Assembly (NCBI GenBank): GCA_020536535.1
Contig: JAHLWZ010000890.1
Location: forward strand, 1-58,176
Length of the DNA: 58,176 nucleotides
Origin: Pelomyxa schiedti
Lineage: Eukaryota > Protista > Evosea
Direction: 5' to 3'
Shown: positions 22,257 through 36,246 of the stretch, piece by piece
Position numbering within the stretch: position 1 is the stretch's first letter
Layout: every line of letters begins with the position of its first letter
The notes under the pieces: generated by a model
What the model saw: only the letters and a program-made list of their open reading frames with translations
What the model was told of the DNA's origin: nothing
The model's database searches: none
Made by a program: the position numbers and the translations under genes

Positions 22257-25146
22257 ATGAACTCCGACTCGCCGACGTTGGAACCTGTACTTGTCACTCC
22301 CACGGCTTCGCCTACCTACGGCAATTTCGAGTCTGTTTCTGACTCTAAGCCCGGCACTGCCAGCGACCCCGTCGTATCTCGCATAGCACCTGGAGTTCGC
22401 AGTTCTGCCAACTCTAATTCTACCAGGAGCACCTCAGCTGGTGCCGGTACAAATTCTACATCTCCTGTACAAACACACATAGCACAGCCACTATCACACA
22501 CTCATCAACAAATTCCCTCGCAATCACAATCACAACCGCCGCCGCAGCCGCAACCACACTCACACCAGCCGTCGCAAGCACAGCCACAAACACAGCCGAC
22601 GATGCCGCCTCTGCAACCACTCCCAGGCCCTCCACCCCAGTTACATAGTGACGGGAGGCCGAGGACTCCTCCTCCACATTTTCAACCTAATGCGCAGTTT
22701 TCTGCAAGGCACTCTCACTGCCAACCAAACCCTTCGTCTACCAACCCATTGGCTTTGGCTTCGATGAATGGTGTATCTGTGGGAACAGACGGCACTAGCC
22801 CTCCTTTTTCTGCATCCTCGTCTATGATGAACACATTATCTGCACAGCAAGTACGGAATTTTTCTACAAGGAGATCCCACCCTCCACAACACAGTAACAC
22901 CTTACCTACCCACCCAATGAGTCATCAACCTGGACCACATGGCCACCCCCTTCTGCCTCAACCTCCAGCTCATTGCTCTACAAGTGTTCCTTCCTCGAAG
23001 CCTCCTGGAGGACCAAATGGATTAGATTGTGCAACTGACCCCACTCCTCTATGGGGATCACGGAGCGTTGATGTGTACACCAAAATTGAGCAAGTTGGAG
23101 AGGGAACTTACGGGTGCATACTACCTTTTTCAGTCATAAAGAAATCAACTAACCAAAACCCAAGGCAAGTGTACAAGGCTTCCTATCCCCTCCCTGGTGG
23201 AGGAGAGGAATTTGTGGCTTTGAAGAAAGTGCGCATGGACAACGAGAAAGAGGGGGTGTGTCCAAGCCTCCCATAGAATATTCCTCATCGCATCGCAGTT
23301 TCCCATTACAGCAATAAGAGAAATTAAAATCCTGAGAGAACTAGACCACCCAAACATAATTAAATTGAAAGAAATTGTCACAAGTAGAGGTACATCTATC
23401 CACCCTCCGACACAAGTCAATAATAGTATTAGCAACTGCAACCAACAAGGGAAGCATTTACATGGTTTTTGAGTACATGGACCATGTACAACCCTTTCAT
23501 TTGAAATCATTTCATGCTTACACTCTTCTTCCACCCACTAGGATTTAAAGGGTCTAATGGATACCCCTACTATCAGCAAATGGTTTACGCAGCCTCAGAT
23601 CAAGTGCTACATGAAGCAACTACTCGAAGGTCTCAACTATTGCCATGCCAATAGCGTCCTCCACAGAGATATCAAAGGTTTAGTACGCTTTCCCTCTTTA
23701 TCAGAAACTTATTCTTCCCCTTTTTTTTTTTTTTCTTTTTTTTGCAGCTGCAAATCTGTTGATCAACAATGAAGGAATTTTGAAACTTGCCGATTTTGGT
23801 AGACACACAAACAGCATCATCGTTTTTCCCAACACCGCTAGGTCTTGCAAGAACTTTTAATGACCAACAACGATACACTAACAGAGTGATCACACTGTGG
23901 TACCGGCCTCCAGAACTGTTGCTAGGTGATACGAGGTACGGCTCGGCTGTTGACATGTGGTCCGTCGGGTATGCCACCCATATCACTACAATAGCCTCAT
24001 TATTACGACAGTTGCATCTTAGCTGAGCTTCTCACCAATAAACCTCTATTTCCTGGAACTTCAGAATTAGAACAACTGGAGTTCATATTCAAGATATGTG
24101 GCAGTCCTGACCGCAACACTTGGCCAGAGGCCGAAAAGCTCCCATTTTATGATGATATGATGCCTAAGATGGCTAGGCAAAACTATCCTCGCAGGCTCAG
24201 AGAGGCCTTCAAAGAGTTAGTGCCCAATTCACTGACCAAAGTTTACATCAATCAGTGTTGCACCAGAAGCAATCGATCTTGTTGAAAGGATGCTCACACT
24301 CAACCCTGCCCACAGGATTAGTGCTGAAAGTGCCCTTGATGCAGATTACTTCTGGGCAGACCCCCGTCCTGCAGAGCCAAAAAGGTATAGTCTCACCTCC
24401 AAGTATCACTCCTTAACATGTCTAGCCTTCCTCGGTACCCCCAAAGTCACGAGTGGAACCTAAAGAAGCGAAGACAACAAAACCAACCACCTAACCCCAA
24501 ACGGCAAAAGGATGGACAGGGGAACCCAACTGCAATGGCCCATCAGCAAACAACGCCGCCGGCTATTCAAACTTTAAGTAATACATTACCTCCAAACTCG
24601 GGACCTGCAGTTGTACCCTCCACTCAGCCATTGCTGTCACATCCTCCACCTCCACAACATGTAATACAAGATCAACGTAACAACGTTGCCCAGCACCAAC
24701 CAGTTTTGCAGCCCTCCGTGAGTCTGTCACGGCCGTACCCACTACAAGCTGTTAACAGTCTTCCACAGCCCCCCACCATGCCGCAAAAGCGTCCAGTTCA
24801 CAACCTTGTCAGCCAAGCACAAAATCAACTGGTTCAGATACCAGCACAAGCCTTGATATGGGCTAATGTTGCCCGGGTTGGCTCGGGCATACCCCCAAAC
24901 ATGGTCCCACAGGTAGGCCCTTTGCAATTGCAACCCGGAGTTGTACAGCAACACCAATATACACAACACCCACGCCAAATTCACCCACAACAACCAGTAC
25001 AGAACCCGATGCAGACCCGGGTTCCCAACTTACAAGTACAACAGCATACCTTTCAACAAACAACAACTCCATACAAGTTTGACCCACCATCCTCTCAGCC
25101 ACACAGTGCGAATGCACAAGAACGCCCTCCGGCTTCTCGAACGTGA
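22257..25146 (+). CDS. CDK9/CDK12/CDKC-type CTD kinase with P/Q-rich termini
   Basis: [76 protein letters not shown]. Confidence 0.95.
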
Positions 25147-25476
25147 ACGTGAAAGTGGAAGAACCTGTCACACTCAAAGGCTCCGAGTTAAATACTGTCT
25201 TTTTTCTTTATGTACCTATGAAGGTGTTGATTGGCAGAGAAGGCTATTCTGCCGAATTTTGTGAGATTAATCTCTACTAACATAGGGGAATTGAATTCCC
25301 TTGATATTTCTAAAAAGCCTTCTTCCGCTCTCTTTTTCTCCTCTCTTGTACCAAAGTCGACAGCAACAAACTTAAGTCAAATTAAATGAAAACAACTCAC
25401 TAAAACCCTATCAAATGTTACCAAAAACCACGTGAAATCGAATTTTGCTTAAATAAGGCAGCTTACCCTTACGGGT

Positions 25477-27622
25477 CTATTGTTGCAGTAACAACCAACT
25501 TATCCACGTGTTCCATTGATTTAGCCACCGCTGTTTGAGCTGAGACTTACTGCTGGCTGTGAGGCTACTGTGCTCAATTGAATTGATGGCTAATTGCTTT
25601 AGAGCTCTCAATGTTAATTCCCAGGCTGTACTGGCTTCATACCAATCATAAGATACACCCTGATATCCGTATATCTGCGTGCAGGTCAGTGGGATGAATT
25701 GAGAATGAGTCTTTTAGATTGTGATGAGTGATTCTTGTGTTGCTTTGGTTTGATTTTTTACGTTACGGCTAATTTGTATGAGAATAATGACTGGAATCGT
25801 ACTGCTGGGTCATCATTGTTGATTGAGATAGGCACACCGCTCCTCATTAGATGGACAGCGGTGTGATCCTGAAGATTGTGCACAAGCCGCAGCATTTGAT
25901 TAGAGATGGGGCACACTTCTACGAGAACGCCTTGTTCTTTGTACTGCGATGTGAGTAGTGGGTGGTGCTTTAGTGCAAAGCCATGGCCGATCCTCTTTGT
26001 TCCGAGAAGGAGGGCATCATAGAGATTCCGCTTGTGCGGGAATGTGGTTTCGCCAGCATGGAAGAAGTACGCCATTGTGGGAAGACTGGAGGGCACATTG
26101 GGATTAAAAATTAAAGAAGTTTACTCACTTGTTGTTGGCAGTGTAGTTTTCCATGGAGAGAAACTCGTTGATGTAGTAAAATAGTGGATGGAACCTGTCT
26201 TCTTCATCCATCAAGTCGAATCCAACTATAAATCCTGGGTATTTTGCCATCAAATGTGCCGTGAATTGCATCGCTGACAAGGCTTCCTCTCTTTCAGCAT
26301 AGCGGCAAATAGCATATATTATTGTCATTGACAACTGCCTGTATGTTAATTAACAAGGACGGGGCACAGTCGTTTGCCTTAGTTTCAGAGCCGTTGTTGA
26401 ATTGATCAATGAGAGACAAAAAGAGTTGTATGACTTCCTCGTCACTAAGAAAATTGTAGCCGGTATCCATAACAGCTGGGACACCACGCAATTCTACATG
26501 CTGTATTCCGTCATCAACATAACTCTGGAAATCATTCAAGACAGCAGCCTGAGGAAAAAGAGTGGGAAAAAGTTTAATGGGGTCATGTACCTCAAACACA
26601 GGAAGAAAACTGAGAAGTGATATACCTCTGCGAATTGTCGAATCGAAGTACACCCACATTTCATCTTGGGTGACTTTACCCCCTGGTGGGGTGTAAAACT
26701 GTAAGGAATGGTACAGGTCTAAATCGAATTGTGTAACATTGCCACTCGCTTTCCGCAAGTCTACAACACGTTGCCAATCGCTCCCGTTGGAATTCGGGGG
26801 TTGAGAGGGCGCGTAAGTGTAACTGAGAGGAATTCCAAGGGAATCTTTGCTACCAACATTAATGTCTGTATTATGAGTCAAGGTAAAAGGAGGAAAAAAA
26901 AGGCAGCCAATTGAAGGATACAACAATCTTGTCTATATGACCCAGTATTTATTAAGAACTGCACAAAAAATAAAAAAAAAAAAAAAGGTAAGTGCCTCTC
27001 AGCTTCCAACACACTTGCCAAAAGCTTCCCCTCCCCACAAAAACAAATACTTACTACGTGTGTTTGGGCATCAATATAAGATAAAATTTGAGATAGAAAA
27101 CGAAGGAATCTACATTACCCATGAATCACAGCCAATGCAATGAGTGTGCAACAAGGCACCCTTTGGCATGGCTCTGATTACACTCAGAAGTTGATTTTCC
27201 CCGTCATACGGCCCAATAATTCGGTCCCTCGCCTCGCGAAACGGCAAAGCGTAGGCAGGACTTGCCTGCGTCCTGGCGAGCTCATCGCCCAACAACTTTT
27301 TCCACACCTCACCAGCTCAATCCCACAATTCAAATCCCAGCACACAATGCCACAGTAACAACAAATGAGAAAGACCATCGTCAGTCAGGAAGAAGGTGTT
27401 TGTTTAAACTTGTTGTTGGTTTTTTTTAATTTCGGCGTTTTGATGTGATGAACAGACACCATTGAGTTCAGTTTGTGACATGTCAGTGTACCAGGCAAAG
27501 TCCATCGTGGCTTCCTGGTATATGAGCTGCTCCCTGTCCTTCACGTACTCTTCCAACGTGACGTACGAGGTCACGAGGGAAACGAACACAAGCGCAGTTA
27601 TTGTTGCTGGCACCACCCACAT
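25477..27622 (-). CDS. ADA2: Secreted adenosine deaminase 2 (ADGF/CECR1 family)
   Basis: N-terminal signal peptide, MPKGALLHTH, GFDLMDEED, FFHAGET, RIGHG, EVCPISNQ, INNDDP. Confidence 0.93.
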
Positions 27623-27725
27623 GTTCCTTTGTTTGTATTTGACGCCGGCGTTGTTGTTCGTGATCCTTATGAGAATCGACTTGATTTTGTTTGTTGGTTT
27701 CGCGATTAGGAAAGGACAAAAAAGC

Positions 27726-29461
27726 TCACTCTTCATCATCACTGAGGTCGTTGGCGGCTTTAATGTCCGCGAGCGCTTGTGAGCCTGGGCCAATCCATGA
27801 GTCCATGCGGAAGTGCCGTGGCTTGACCAAGATTCCTTTTCTTTTCAGTTCTGCTGCTTGGAAGGAACACTCCTAAGAAGGGGAGTAAATAGAGTGCGGT
27901 GACCCAAAGGGGGAAAGAAGAAGCTAGTACCTCATCCCACCCACAAGAAAGCCCGTATGTGGGGAGCCTTTCACTGGCGCTTGGGGGGTGGCTTATTCCA
28001 ATCGATACATATTCTTTGCTCAGTGTGAAAACCGCCTGATTTTAAACTGATATGAATCAACACTAACAACGGTTAGGGAAGGGGTCACCTGGTAATTAAC
28101 AGGTGTCAGTTGCTTTTGCAGTTTTTGGTAAATAGGATGCAACTGGAGAACATCCAGCTTCGCGTACTGCATTTGGTGAGTAATTTATAATAGGAAAATA
28201 AGGATTCTGGAGCGCACCAGTACTGCTTGTTTATCTAGGTTGTGGTCAAACCAATTTGGTCTGAAGTCGCCTCTCTTCCGGCTTTCCTTGACATCGTTCG
28301 TCAAGCCAGTCACTTGCCTTGATATGACCCAATAAGTTGCTAGTAACATAATGTGTGGGAGTTACTCCAGAACTGGCATAAATCCAGCTGGGAAAGGAAT
28401 CGACTTCCCGTTTTGTTTGTCTGCTCACAGTTAGTAATCAGGGTCTGGTTGTGGATGTACACACTCCATATAGCATATGCAATTTGAGAATCCCATACGC
28501 TCGATGGTACAACACCAAAATCGTTGTGCAGAAAGAAACTGTGCACGGATATTTAGTTCAAGTTGATCGGCATACGAAATGTAAAATATAACCTATCAGC
28601 TCGACAGTCATGAAATAGTTTCACAGGGGTTGGAGATTCGAGCAATTCTTTTAGTCCCGTTCCAGCAAACAATGATTGACCTTTTTCTCGTCCGCCAAGC
28701 CAGAATATATAAGCCTAGGCATTTGGTTACTTCAGTGGGTGTAAGGGTCAGGGAAAGTCAACAACCTTGCCAGGTACAGCAATTTGAAGTACGCCTAGAC
28801 CGAGAGTTTGATTTTGTCCCTCAGTGTCAACTGAAATAGTTGAATGCCTATATCAGACTAAGAAGTTGCCATCTATAGAAATCGGAAATACGGACTTGCG
28901 AAGTTGTGCCACAGCTGCGATGCACTGAGCCTTCGTTTCAATTAGATCGTTTGCTACCATAGTTCCTGCTCCAGTCTCAAAGTACTGCCGCCTTCTCTTT
29001 GGAACAACCACCTGCCACTCTTTTGGGCGCTCTTTTTTCATTGCTTCGGCTTTTTTCCTCTCTTCTTCCTCCTGTTGTGCGACTGCCTCTCTTTTCTTGT
29101 GGCCACCAAAAGGCTCATTCCTCTTGCGCGAGAAAAACGACGCCCCGGTGCTCACAACTTTTGGCGCTCGCTGCGATGGGAATGGATTTTCGGGCGTGTA
29201 TTCGTTGCGTCCGACTGCCGACGCCGAACTCGGCGTGGTTGTGGTGCTCGTAGCGAACGTCGACGAAGCGGCGGTTGTAGACGTGGTACCACTACTGCTA
29301 CTGGTAGTCGTTGTTGTAGTCGTAGACACGGCGGCGGACTCGGGATCTTGGGCGTCGGCCAGCGACTTTGCGGCGGCGATTTTTTTCGCTCGGTTGCGGT
29401 TCACCTTCTTTACCATCTTGCTGCCCTTGACACGGACCTTGGTTGACTTCGTACGTCCCAT
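27726..29461 (-). CDS. DEDDy 3'-5' exonuclease, EXD1/Egalitarian-like, with basic low-complexity N-terminus
   Basis: ISID-TEG (ExoI), LKELLESPTPVKLFHDCRAD (ExoII), VWDSQIAY, YAKLDVLQL (ExoIII) distributed across exons. Confidence 0.8.
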
Positions 29462-29694
29462 TTCGCCACGCTTGCGCTTCGCCTGACGCCTGTTATTTCT
29501 CTACCTCAATTTATCTCGTGCTACTGAAAAATTGAATGGAGCGTCCCCAATCTGGAAGGACCGAGAATTCCTGAGGACTGTGTCTAATCCCTGAACAAGA
29601 TGACTACCCAAGCATGCAGTCTTGGGAAGTGGGGCTCTCACTTAGAAGTCTCCAGTCGCCTCCACACGCCCATTAAGCTGGGACAAACCCAACG

Positions 29695-31389
29695 ATGGCG
29701 GACGATGGGTCTGGGTGTGCATCAGTGACGTGCCGTGCGGCGCCCAACATAGCGGTCGTCAAGTACTGGGGCAAGCGCGACGAGGCCCTGATCCTGCCCC
29801 TCGCCGGGTCCCTCAGCGTGACGATGGACCACGGCGGGGGCAGGCTCGCCACCACGACGACGGTGCGCGCGTCGCCGAGGTTCGAAGAGGACACGCTGGC
29901 CATCAACGGCAGGCCGGCGGCGATCGACGGGCGAGGCAGGGCGTGCCTCCAGGCCCTCAGGCTCAGGGCCACTGTTCCAAATTTGGCAGTTGAGCGTGAT
30001 GTTTCGGATTTGGGTGTTTTTTTTTTTTTTTTTTCTTGGTTTGTTTGTTTTGAACTTGTGTTTGTTGGGGTGGCAATCAGGGCTTGATTGTAATTTGTTG
30101 AGTATTAGTGTGGCTTGGTGACACTCATAAGGTAGAACTGGAAGTTTCACATTGAATCTGTAAATGACTTTCCAACTGCTGCTGGTCTTGCCTCCAGTGC
30201 ATCTGGTTTTGCTTGCTTGGGTATTGAACTCCTCATATTCCTTTGTTTAACTGCATTTGCAGTGTTTGCTGTGGCCACTCTATTGGGTGTGGAAGGTGAA
30301 CTCTCTACACTAGCAAGGTTTGACGGACTTCATTTTCGTTTTCTTAACTGTAAGTTCACATCATTAAGAATAGGAAGTGGCAGTGCATGTCGCAGCATCT
30401 ATGGTGGGTTTGTTGAATGGGAGCCTGGTGTTCTCCCATCAGGTGAGGATAGTATAGCACAACCAGTTTGATCCCGTTCCACCCGTAAGTGTGTCTGAGT
30501 GTTTTATCTAGGTGTTCACAGATCATCACTGGAACGAATTGAACATGGTTATAGTTGTGGTATCAAGAATACAAACACAACGAATTCTTGACAATTATTT
30601 GAAGGTAAACGACAAAGAGAAGGAGGTTGGAAGTACGTCCGGCATGCAGTTATCTGTGAAAACCAGTGCCTTACTCAAAGTTTTTAACTTCATCTGCTTA
30701 GTTATCTTGCACTTATATCTCTACAGGCTCGCATTGCAACTATAAGTGCAAAAATCCAAGAAATGAAGGAGTGCATTGCAAGCCACAATTTCGAGACTTT
30801 TGCACAAATAACGATGCAGGTATCTTCAAGCTTGTAATAAAGTAACATAAACAAGTTTTCCACCTTCTAAAACAGAGAGGTCTTAGGAAAGTAACCAGCT
30901 TCATGCTATTTGCATGGATACATTCCCTCCTCTATTTTACTTGAATGATATCTCGAAAAGAATCATCCATCTGGTCACCAAAATGAACGAGTGGGCACAC
31001 CACAACATTGTAAGTCTCATTCACACAACCAAGTCCTTCTATTACTAATTTTTTTTACCCCAAAACAGGCAGCCTACACATTCGATGCCGGACCAAATGC
31101 TGTAATTTTCACACTGGAAGCGGATTTGCCTATTCTCACTGGGGCACTTGTTCACTACTTTTCACAGAGTACAGCTGCGGAGGTAACAAGGTCATTGCCG
31201 TGCACCCCACAAGTTCCCTCCCTGTCATTACAGCTGGTGGTCAATATGAGCACTTCGGAACAAGCGATAATAAGCCTCATCCACAGCAAGGTGCCTGAAA
31301 TCCCCTCACCCTTGAACATGCAATTCCAAACACTAATTTTTTTTTCACAGGTAGGACCAGGCCCCGTTGTATTATCCCGAACTCCTTAA
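29695..31389 (+). CDS. MVD: Diphosphomevalonate decarboxylase
   Basis: [76 protein letters not shown]. Confidence 0.96.
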
Positions 31390-31454
31390 TTTGGGGAAAA
31401 TGTGATGATTTTTGATGGCCTTTCGAAAATAAAAACAAACAAATTTAATCATTG

Positions 31455-34400
31455 ATGGCGGCTAGTGGTTCTGATGGTGTTATAGGACGGCTCAAAATAA
31501 CTGGTTTAGCAACATCACCAATACGAGGATTTCGAGGATTCACCTATTTGTTTTTGTTTAGTTGTTAAGGCATGGGACTTGCCAATATGTGACTTGATGA
31601 CGAGGACATCTGATCCGTTTTGTGTGTTGACGCTAGAGGGTGATGACAAGGAGGAAAAGACTCAAGTGATTCCAAAAAATTTGAAGCCTGAATGGGTGTG
31701 TTGTTTTGGCTCCTTCTCTTCTCTGGGCTTACTCCTTACTTCCAAAAAAAATTGCAGAACGAAACATTTAATATGTAAGCATTTCAAACTCCTTTGAATT
31801 TGATGGCCAACTTTCCAAATCACCAGTGTTTATCTAACACCACTCCCCATTCTCACAATCTCTGTTTGGGATGACAACAAATTGAAATCGGCTGAGTTCA
31901 TGGGCGATGTAAGCCTCTTTGACTGAATTTCCCAAATTATAACACTCCTCAAGACTACAGTGGATGTTGTAAGACACGGTCTCCATGACCAGTTACCACA
32001 CGAACTCTGTTTATCATTTACAAAACAAAACGGACGGGAGCTGGAGAACACAGGGAAACTTATTGTAAATGCACAATATAAATTTACTCAGGTACCTCAT
32101 ATACCGCTCACTTCCTTCTAAAGAGGCGTTCAGGATGCAGATCCTGTGTACAAGGCATTCCTTGCTCTTCAGTCGAAAAGTTGGAGTGTAGCCATACGAT
32201 TGGCAACCACCTCTCTTCAGATATTCCCTGTAGAATATAGATTATTCTTGTATGGGTAGTGCCATCCATAACGTACTCTTATGGCACAATTAGAGCAAGG
32301 GCTGAGGCATATCTCAGTGCACGGGAAGCAGATTTGGCTCTAGCAGATGCTGAGAAGGCAATCCAATTTGCCCCAAAATGTGGCGATGTAATCTTGCTTC
32401 CCCACTTTCAAAACTTGACAAAGAAACAATAACCAAAAAAAAGGCTTATTACTTTCTAGGAATGGCACTCTTTGAGAAAATGGATCACGCAAGTGCCAGG
32501 GAGGCCTTGCAAAAAGGTCTTGCACTAGCACCGCTGGATCAGCGTCTTCTCAGAGCACTAGACAAACTTGATGTGAGAATTATGAAACAGAAAGTGTGTT
32601 TCTTTATACACTGGAGCAGTTTTTAATACATGGGGAAAAAAAGATAAAGCAAAGCTTAGATACAGGAAAGGCTGCCTTTGGTGCAAAAAGATATGAGGAT
32701 GCTCTGTTTTCCTTCAGTAAAGCCATCAAGAATAATCCCCAAAACGGTTCTTACTACATCTATAGGTTGATAGTGTGCATGGTTCCTTATTAATATATTT
32801 TAGGGCTCTCACTCACTTAATGATGCTAAAAATGGATTCTGCCGCTAGTGATGTAAGAAGTGCTGTAGCTTTGAGACCAGACTGGTGTCAGGTTAATTTC
32901 TCTTCTCCGACGATATATTGATCTTTTTTCCAAAGGTAGACTGCAATAAAACGGGATACCTTTTGAAACAAGCTAAAGTCAAGCTCATAATGAAACGGCG
33001 TTTCGTTTGCCTGAAAGACCACTTTTTAGTGTACATGAAGGCTGATAAAGGTCTCGTTGTTAAAGGCATCATCTGCTTGCATACAAGTTCCTCTGTACTG
33101 AAGGCCAGGACTAGGAATCAATTCACAGTCCAGACTACCACAAAGTAAGATTTTGTTGTTTTATTTCCCTCCAACAAAACAAAGGAATTATGAGTTCAAA
33201 GCCGATTCGGATGAAGAAACTCTGTCCTGGATTTCTTCTATTGATAAAGCCATACACACTCCTATCAGCATAACAACCGATCAAAATGAGAACCAGTTTT
33301 GGAGTGCCGAATCTGTAAGCATTCAAAACAATATTCATCGTTACTCTTCAAAGAGGAAAAATAACTGGTAATAGAAGAGCATGAAACCCAGGGTAGGTGA
33401 AATTGCTTCGGCAGCCACCTCGTTAGGTGACAAGATCCGTTCCAGGGTACACATTGACCAGTCAAATAACCTCGTTCACATTCTTGCAGCTCAGTACAAT
33501 ACCCATGGCGTCAGCGGATATGTCAGGATTTCTCCACAAAATGGGACAGGTCAATACCTCTTGGAAGAGAAGATTCTTCCTCCTTAAGGGTTCCACTCTA
33601 TACTACACCGACCTCTCAAATGTACCAGGTACCTCTAGCCAATGTTTATTCTAACCTTGTTCAACAGGAAAATCCTAGCCAGTTGGATCAAATTCAGCCA
33701 ATTGGAACAATAGACTTGAGCTCTCGGGTTGGCTTTGCACCTGCAGGTCCTCAGGTTCATAAAGACTTCGCATTTGAGCTTAGGTATGCACACTAAATAA
33801 TCGCCAGCAACTAAGATGATAGATCTCCATACCGGAAGTACTTCCTGGCTGCTGAATCAAAGGAAAAATATCTCCTGTGGAAGGCAGCACTCTTGAAAGT
33901 TGTTGGAGAAAGTGCCCACGGAGGTTCCAACTACGAGGTAATAATACCCCAACCAAAGCACAAGCACAAGCACAAGCACAAGCACAAGCACAAGCACAAG
34001 CACAAGCACAAGCACAAGCACAAGCACAAGCACAAGCACAAGCACAAGCACAAGCACAAGCACAAGCACAAGCACAAACATTCAAACAAACTCAAGTAAT
34101 CCCAACAGTTTCTGGAAGAGCCAACAGATACAGGGGACGCCCCACTCCCCACGCCGACCACGTTCGATACCGCGCCAGTTACCTACACTCCGGGCCACAT
34201 CACCACAACCACCGCCGTCACCCGCACCGCGACGCTCCTCGTCGACGCCGCCATCAACTCCCTGCCCACCCCGCCCAGCCCCGCGGTCCCCGCCTCCTCC
34301 TCCGCCTCGTCCTCGGCCTCCGCGGGAGCCAGCGGCAGCACCACCGCCGCGACGACGGGGCAAACGGCCGTGTGCACCGTGACGCCGCTGTCGAAGCGCG

Positions 34401-34684
34401 AGTCGCCGGAGGGCAGGTACTTCTCCAAGATAGGGCTGGAGAACCCGGGCTCCGCGTCGCTGGCGCCGAGCACCGGGCTCAGCGGGCTCAACCAGCTGTT
34501 CGACACTGTGGACGACGAGGTGCCTTTGATGGCGGACTACACTGAGGGCGCAAAGGGGCCCAGGAAGATGAAGAACATGAAGAAGAAGGGAGAGTATGCC
34601 GATGATGACAGTGACGACGAGGACGAGGAAGTGCCTGAAGAGGAAGAGAGTGACAAGTGCAAGTGCCCGTGCTCCATTATGTAA
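31455..34684 (+). CDS. C2-TPR-PH-PH protein with C-terminal CaaX (multi-exon)
   Basis: C2 (DLMTRTSDPFCVL, TQVIPKNLKPEW, VWDDNKLKSAEFMG), TPRs (ALADAEKAIQFAP, FSKAIKNNPQNG), two PH domains (KTGYLLKQ..RRFVCLKD..ADSDEETLSWI; SGFLHKMG..WKRRFFLLKG..LAAESKEKYLLW), ending KCKCPCSIM. Confidence 0.8.
33956..34076. repeat. (AAGCAC)n hexanucleotide microsatellite, ~20 perfect copies, inside a predicted intron (~33938-34108)
   Basis: Directly visible. Flanked by a GTAATA donor and CCCAACAG acceptor that restore the coding frame. Confidence 0.95.
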
Positions 34685-34780
34685 CACAAGTCACGAAAGA
34701 AAGATGTAGCAACTGAAGAAAATTTTCTTTTTTTGACTTTAAAACAAAATGGATGGTTTTTATTGTTTACATTACATTGC

Positions 34781-36055
34781 TTACACTATGGAGACACCCT
34801 TTTCTTTTGCCCACTCCACATACTCGTCCAGTAAAACTGGCCCTAGGCAAGGTGTTACATATGGAAAATTACAGGGGTTGCGCACAGGCACTGGTTTCAT
34901 CATAGCCTGCAAAGTCCTTCTTTACGGAACGAGAAAAGTCCAAGAAGTTGGTCCATTGATCGAGGTTCATGCTTTTCTTGCCGGTATCCTGTGTATCATT
35001 CCTTTGAACTGGAAAAGGAGTTACATATAACTTACCTGCAAGAATTCCCTGAACGTGGGTGTGAAGGGATATCGTCCCTCAGTTAATAATTTTAACATGG
35101 GATCGACAGCTCCAATGTCTAGTGAGGGTCACATCAAGAAGCATGGGGTGAACAAACCGAGAATTTTGGATTCCTTCTCTTTGGCAAAAAAAAAGGCAAA
35201 CCTATACACTTCTCTAAATTTGGTGAAATCATTGAGTTCATCTCGAAACACTGTCATTTGTGCTCTAAATTTTACTATGTTATCAATTCTACAAAACTAG
35301 TTGGTATTCGTGGTTGAAACGAGGTAGATAAAACTTGAGTTTTTCCAGTCCACCAATAAATTCTTCTCTGGAGAAGAATCCCATTTCTTGGGCATTAAGA
35401 TGCCACGCAAGAACCAAAACACTAATCTAGCTGTTTTGTGGGGAAGGAAGGAAAAAGTATTGAGCATACATCTTCTGGGACTACACCCAGTTCTGTGCAC
35501 AGTTGCTCTATACCATCAGGACCTATTTTTCCTTCCCCAGGAGGAGCTGAGATATATAAAGGTTAAATTGTTAAAATAAACAGAGGGATAATGATACTTT
35601 CAAATTGTTTGAACATTGCTTCCAGATCCTCCGGATCGAAGCCATCCTAAAGAATTGTTTGCATGCCGAATGATAACAAAAGGGCGATACAATCTTCTTT
35701 CTTGTTTCCAAGAAGAGTGGGAGTATTAGCAAAGACGAGAAGTTGAGTGAATTCCCCATTTTTTACTTTTGGTGAAGTGGAAAACGTACTTTGGAGTAGG
35801 TGCTGGAGTGGTTGGTGCAGGCGGAAATCCTGCTACCTTATTCAGCGAATCTCTGTGTGTTTTCGTGGGTGCCGGTGCTGCTGTTGCTGAAGTAGAAGTG
35901 GAAGTGGAAGTTGTTGTGGTTGAGGTGGAGGAGTTCGAATAAGTATAAGGAGAGGAAGATCCCGATGATGATGAACACGTGGATGACGACGAATACGTAG
36001 TAGAACTGCTTGTCGTGCCAGATCCACCCGACTTCTTGCTGCCGCCGTGGCCCAT
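34781..36055 (-). CDS. DCN1-like (defective in cullin neddylation) protein with N-myristoylation-like start
   Basis: MGHGGSKK start; PONY-domain motifs IGPDGIEQLCTELGV.PED, LAWHLNAQEMGFFSREEF, YRFAFFFAK, DQWTNFLDFS, YDETSAWPVLLDEYVEW. Confidence 0.9.
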
Positions 36056-36246
36056 TCGCCGTTACCGTACGTGAAACTTTCTCTTTTCCCGTCCGTTGCG
36101 AAGATCCATGACATGTCAGACCCACATTTGATTTGATTTCATTTGATTGTGTTTCTTTTCTTTTTAAGTTGCCTTAAGGAGAGACAACACGGCCCGGGCT
36201 TTTGTTGCTGTCAGTATTCGTTTATGGACCATGCTGTATTAACAAT

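Noticed and set aside
33780-34545. Poly-AQ, KH, CA, VL and CL ORFs
   Set aside because: Artefacts of the intronic AAGCAC microsatellite.
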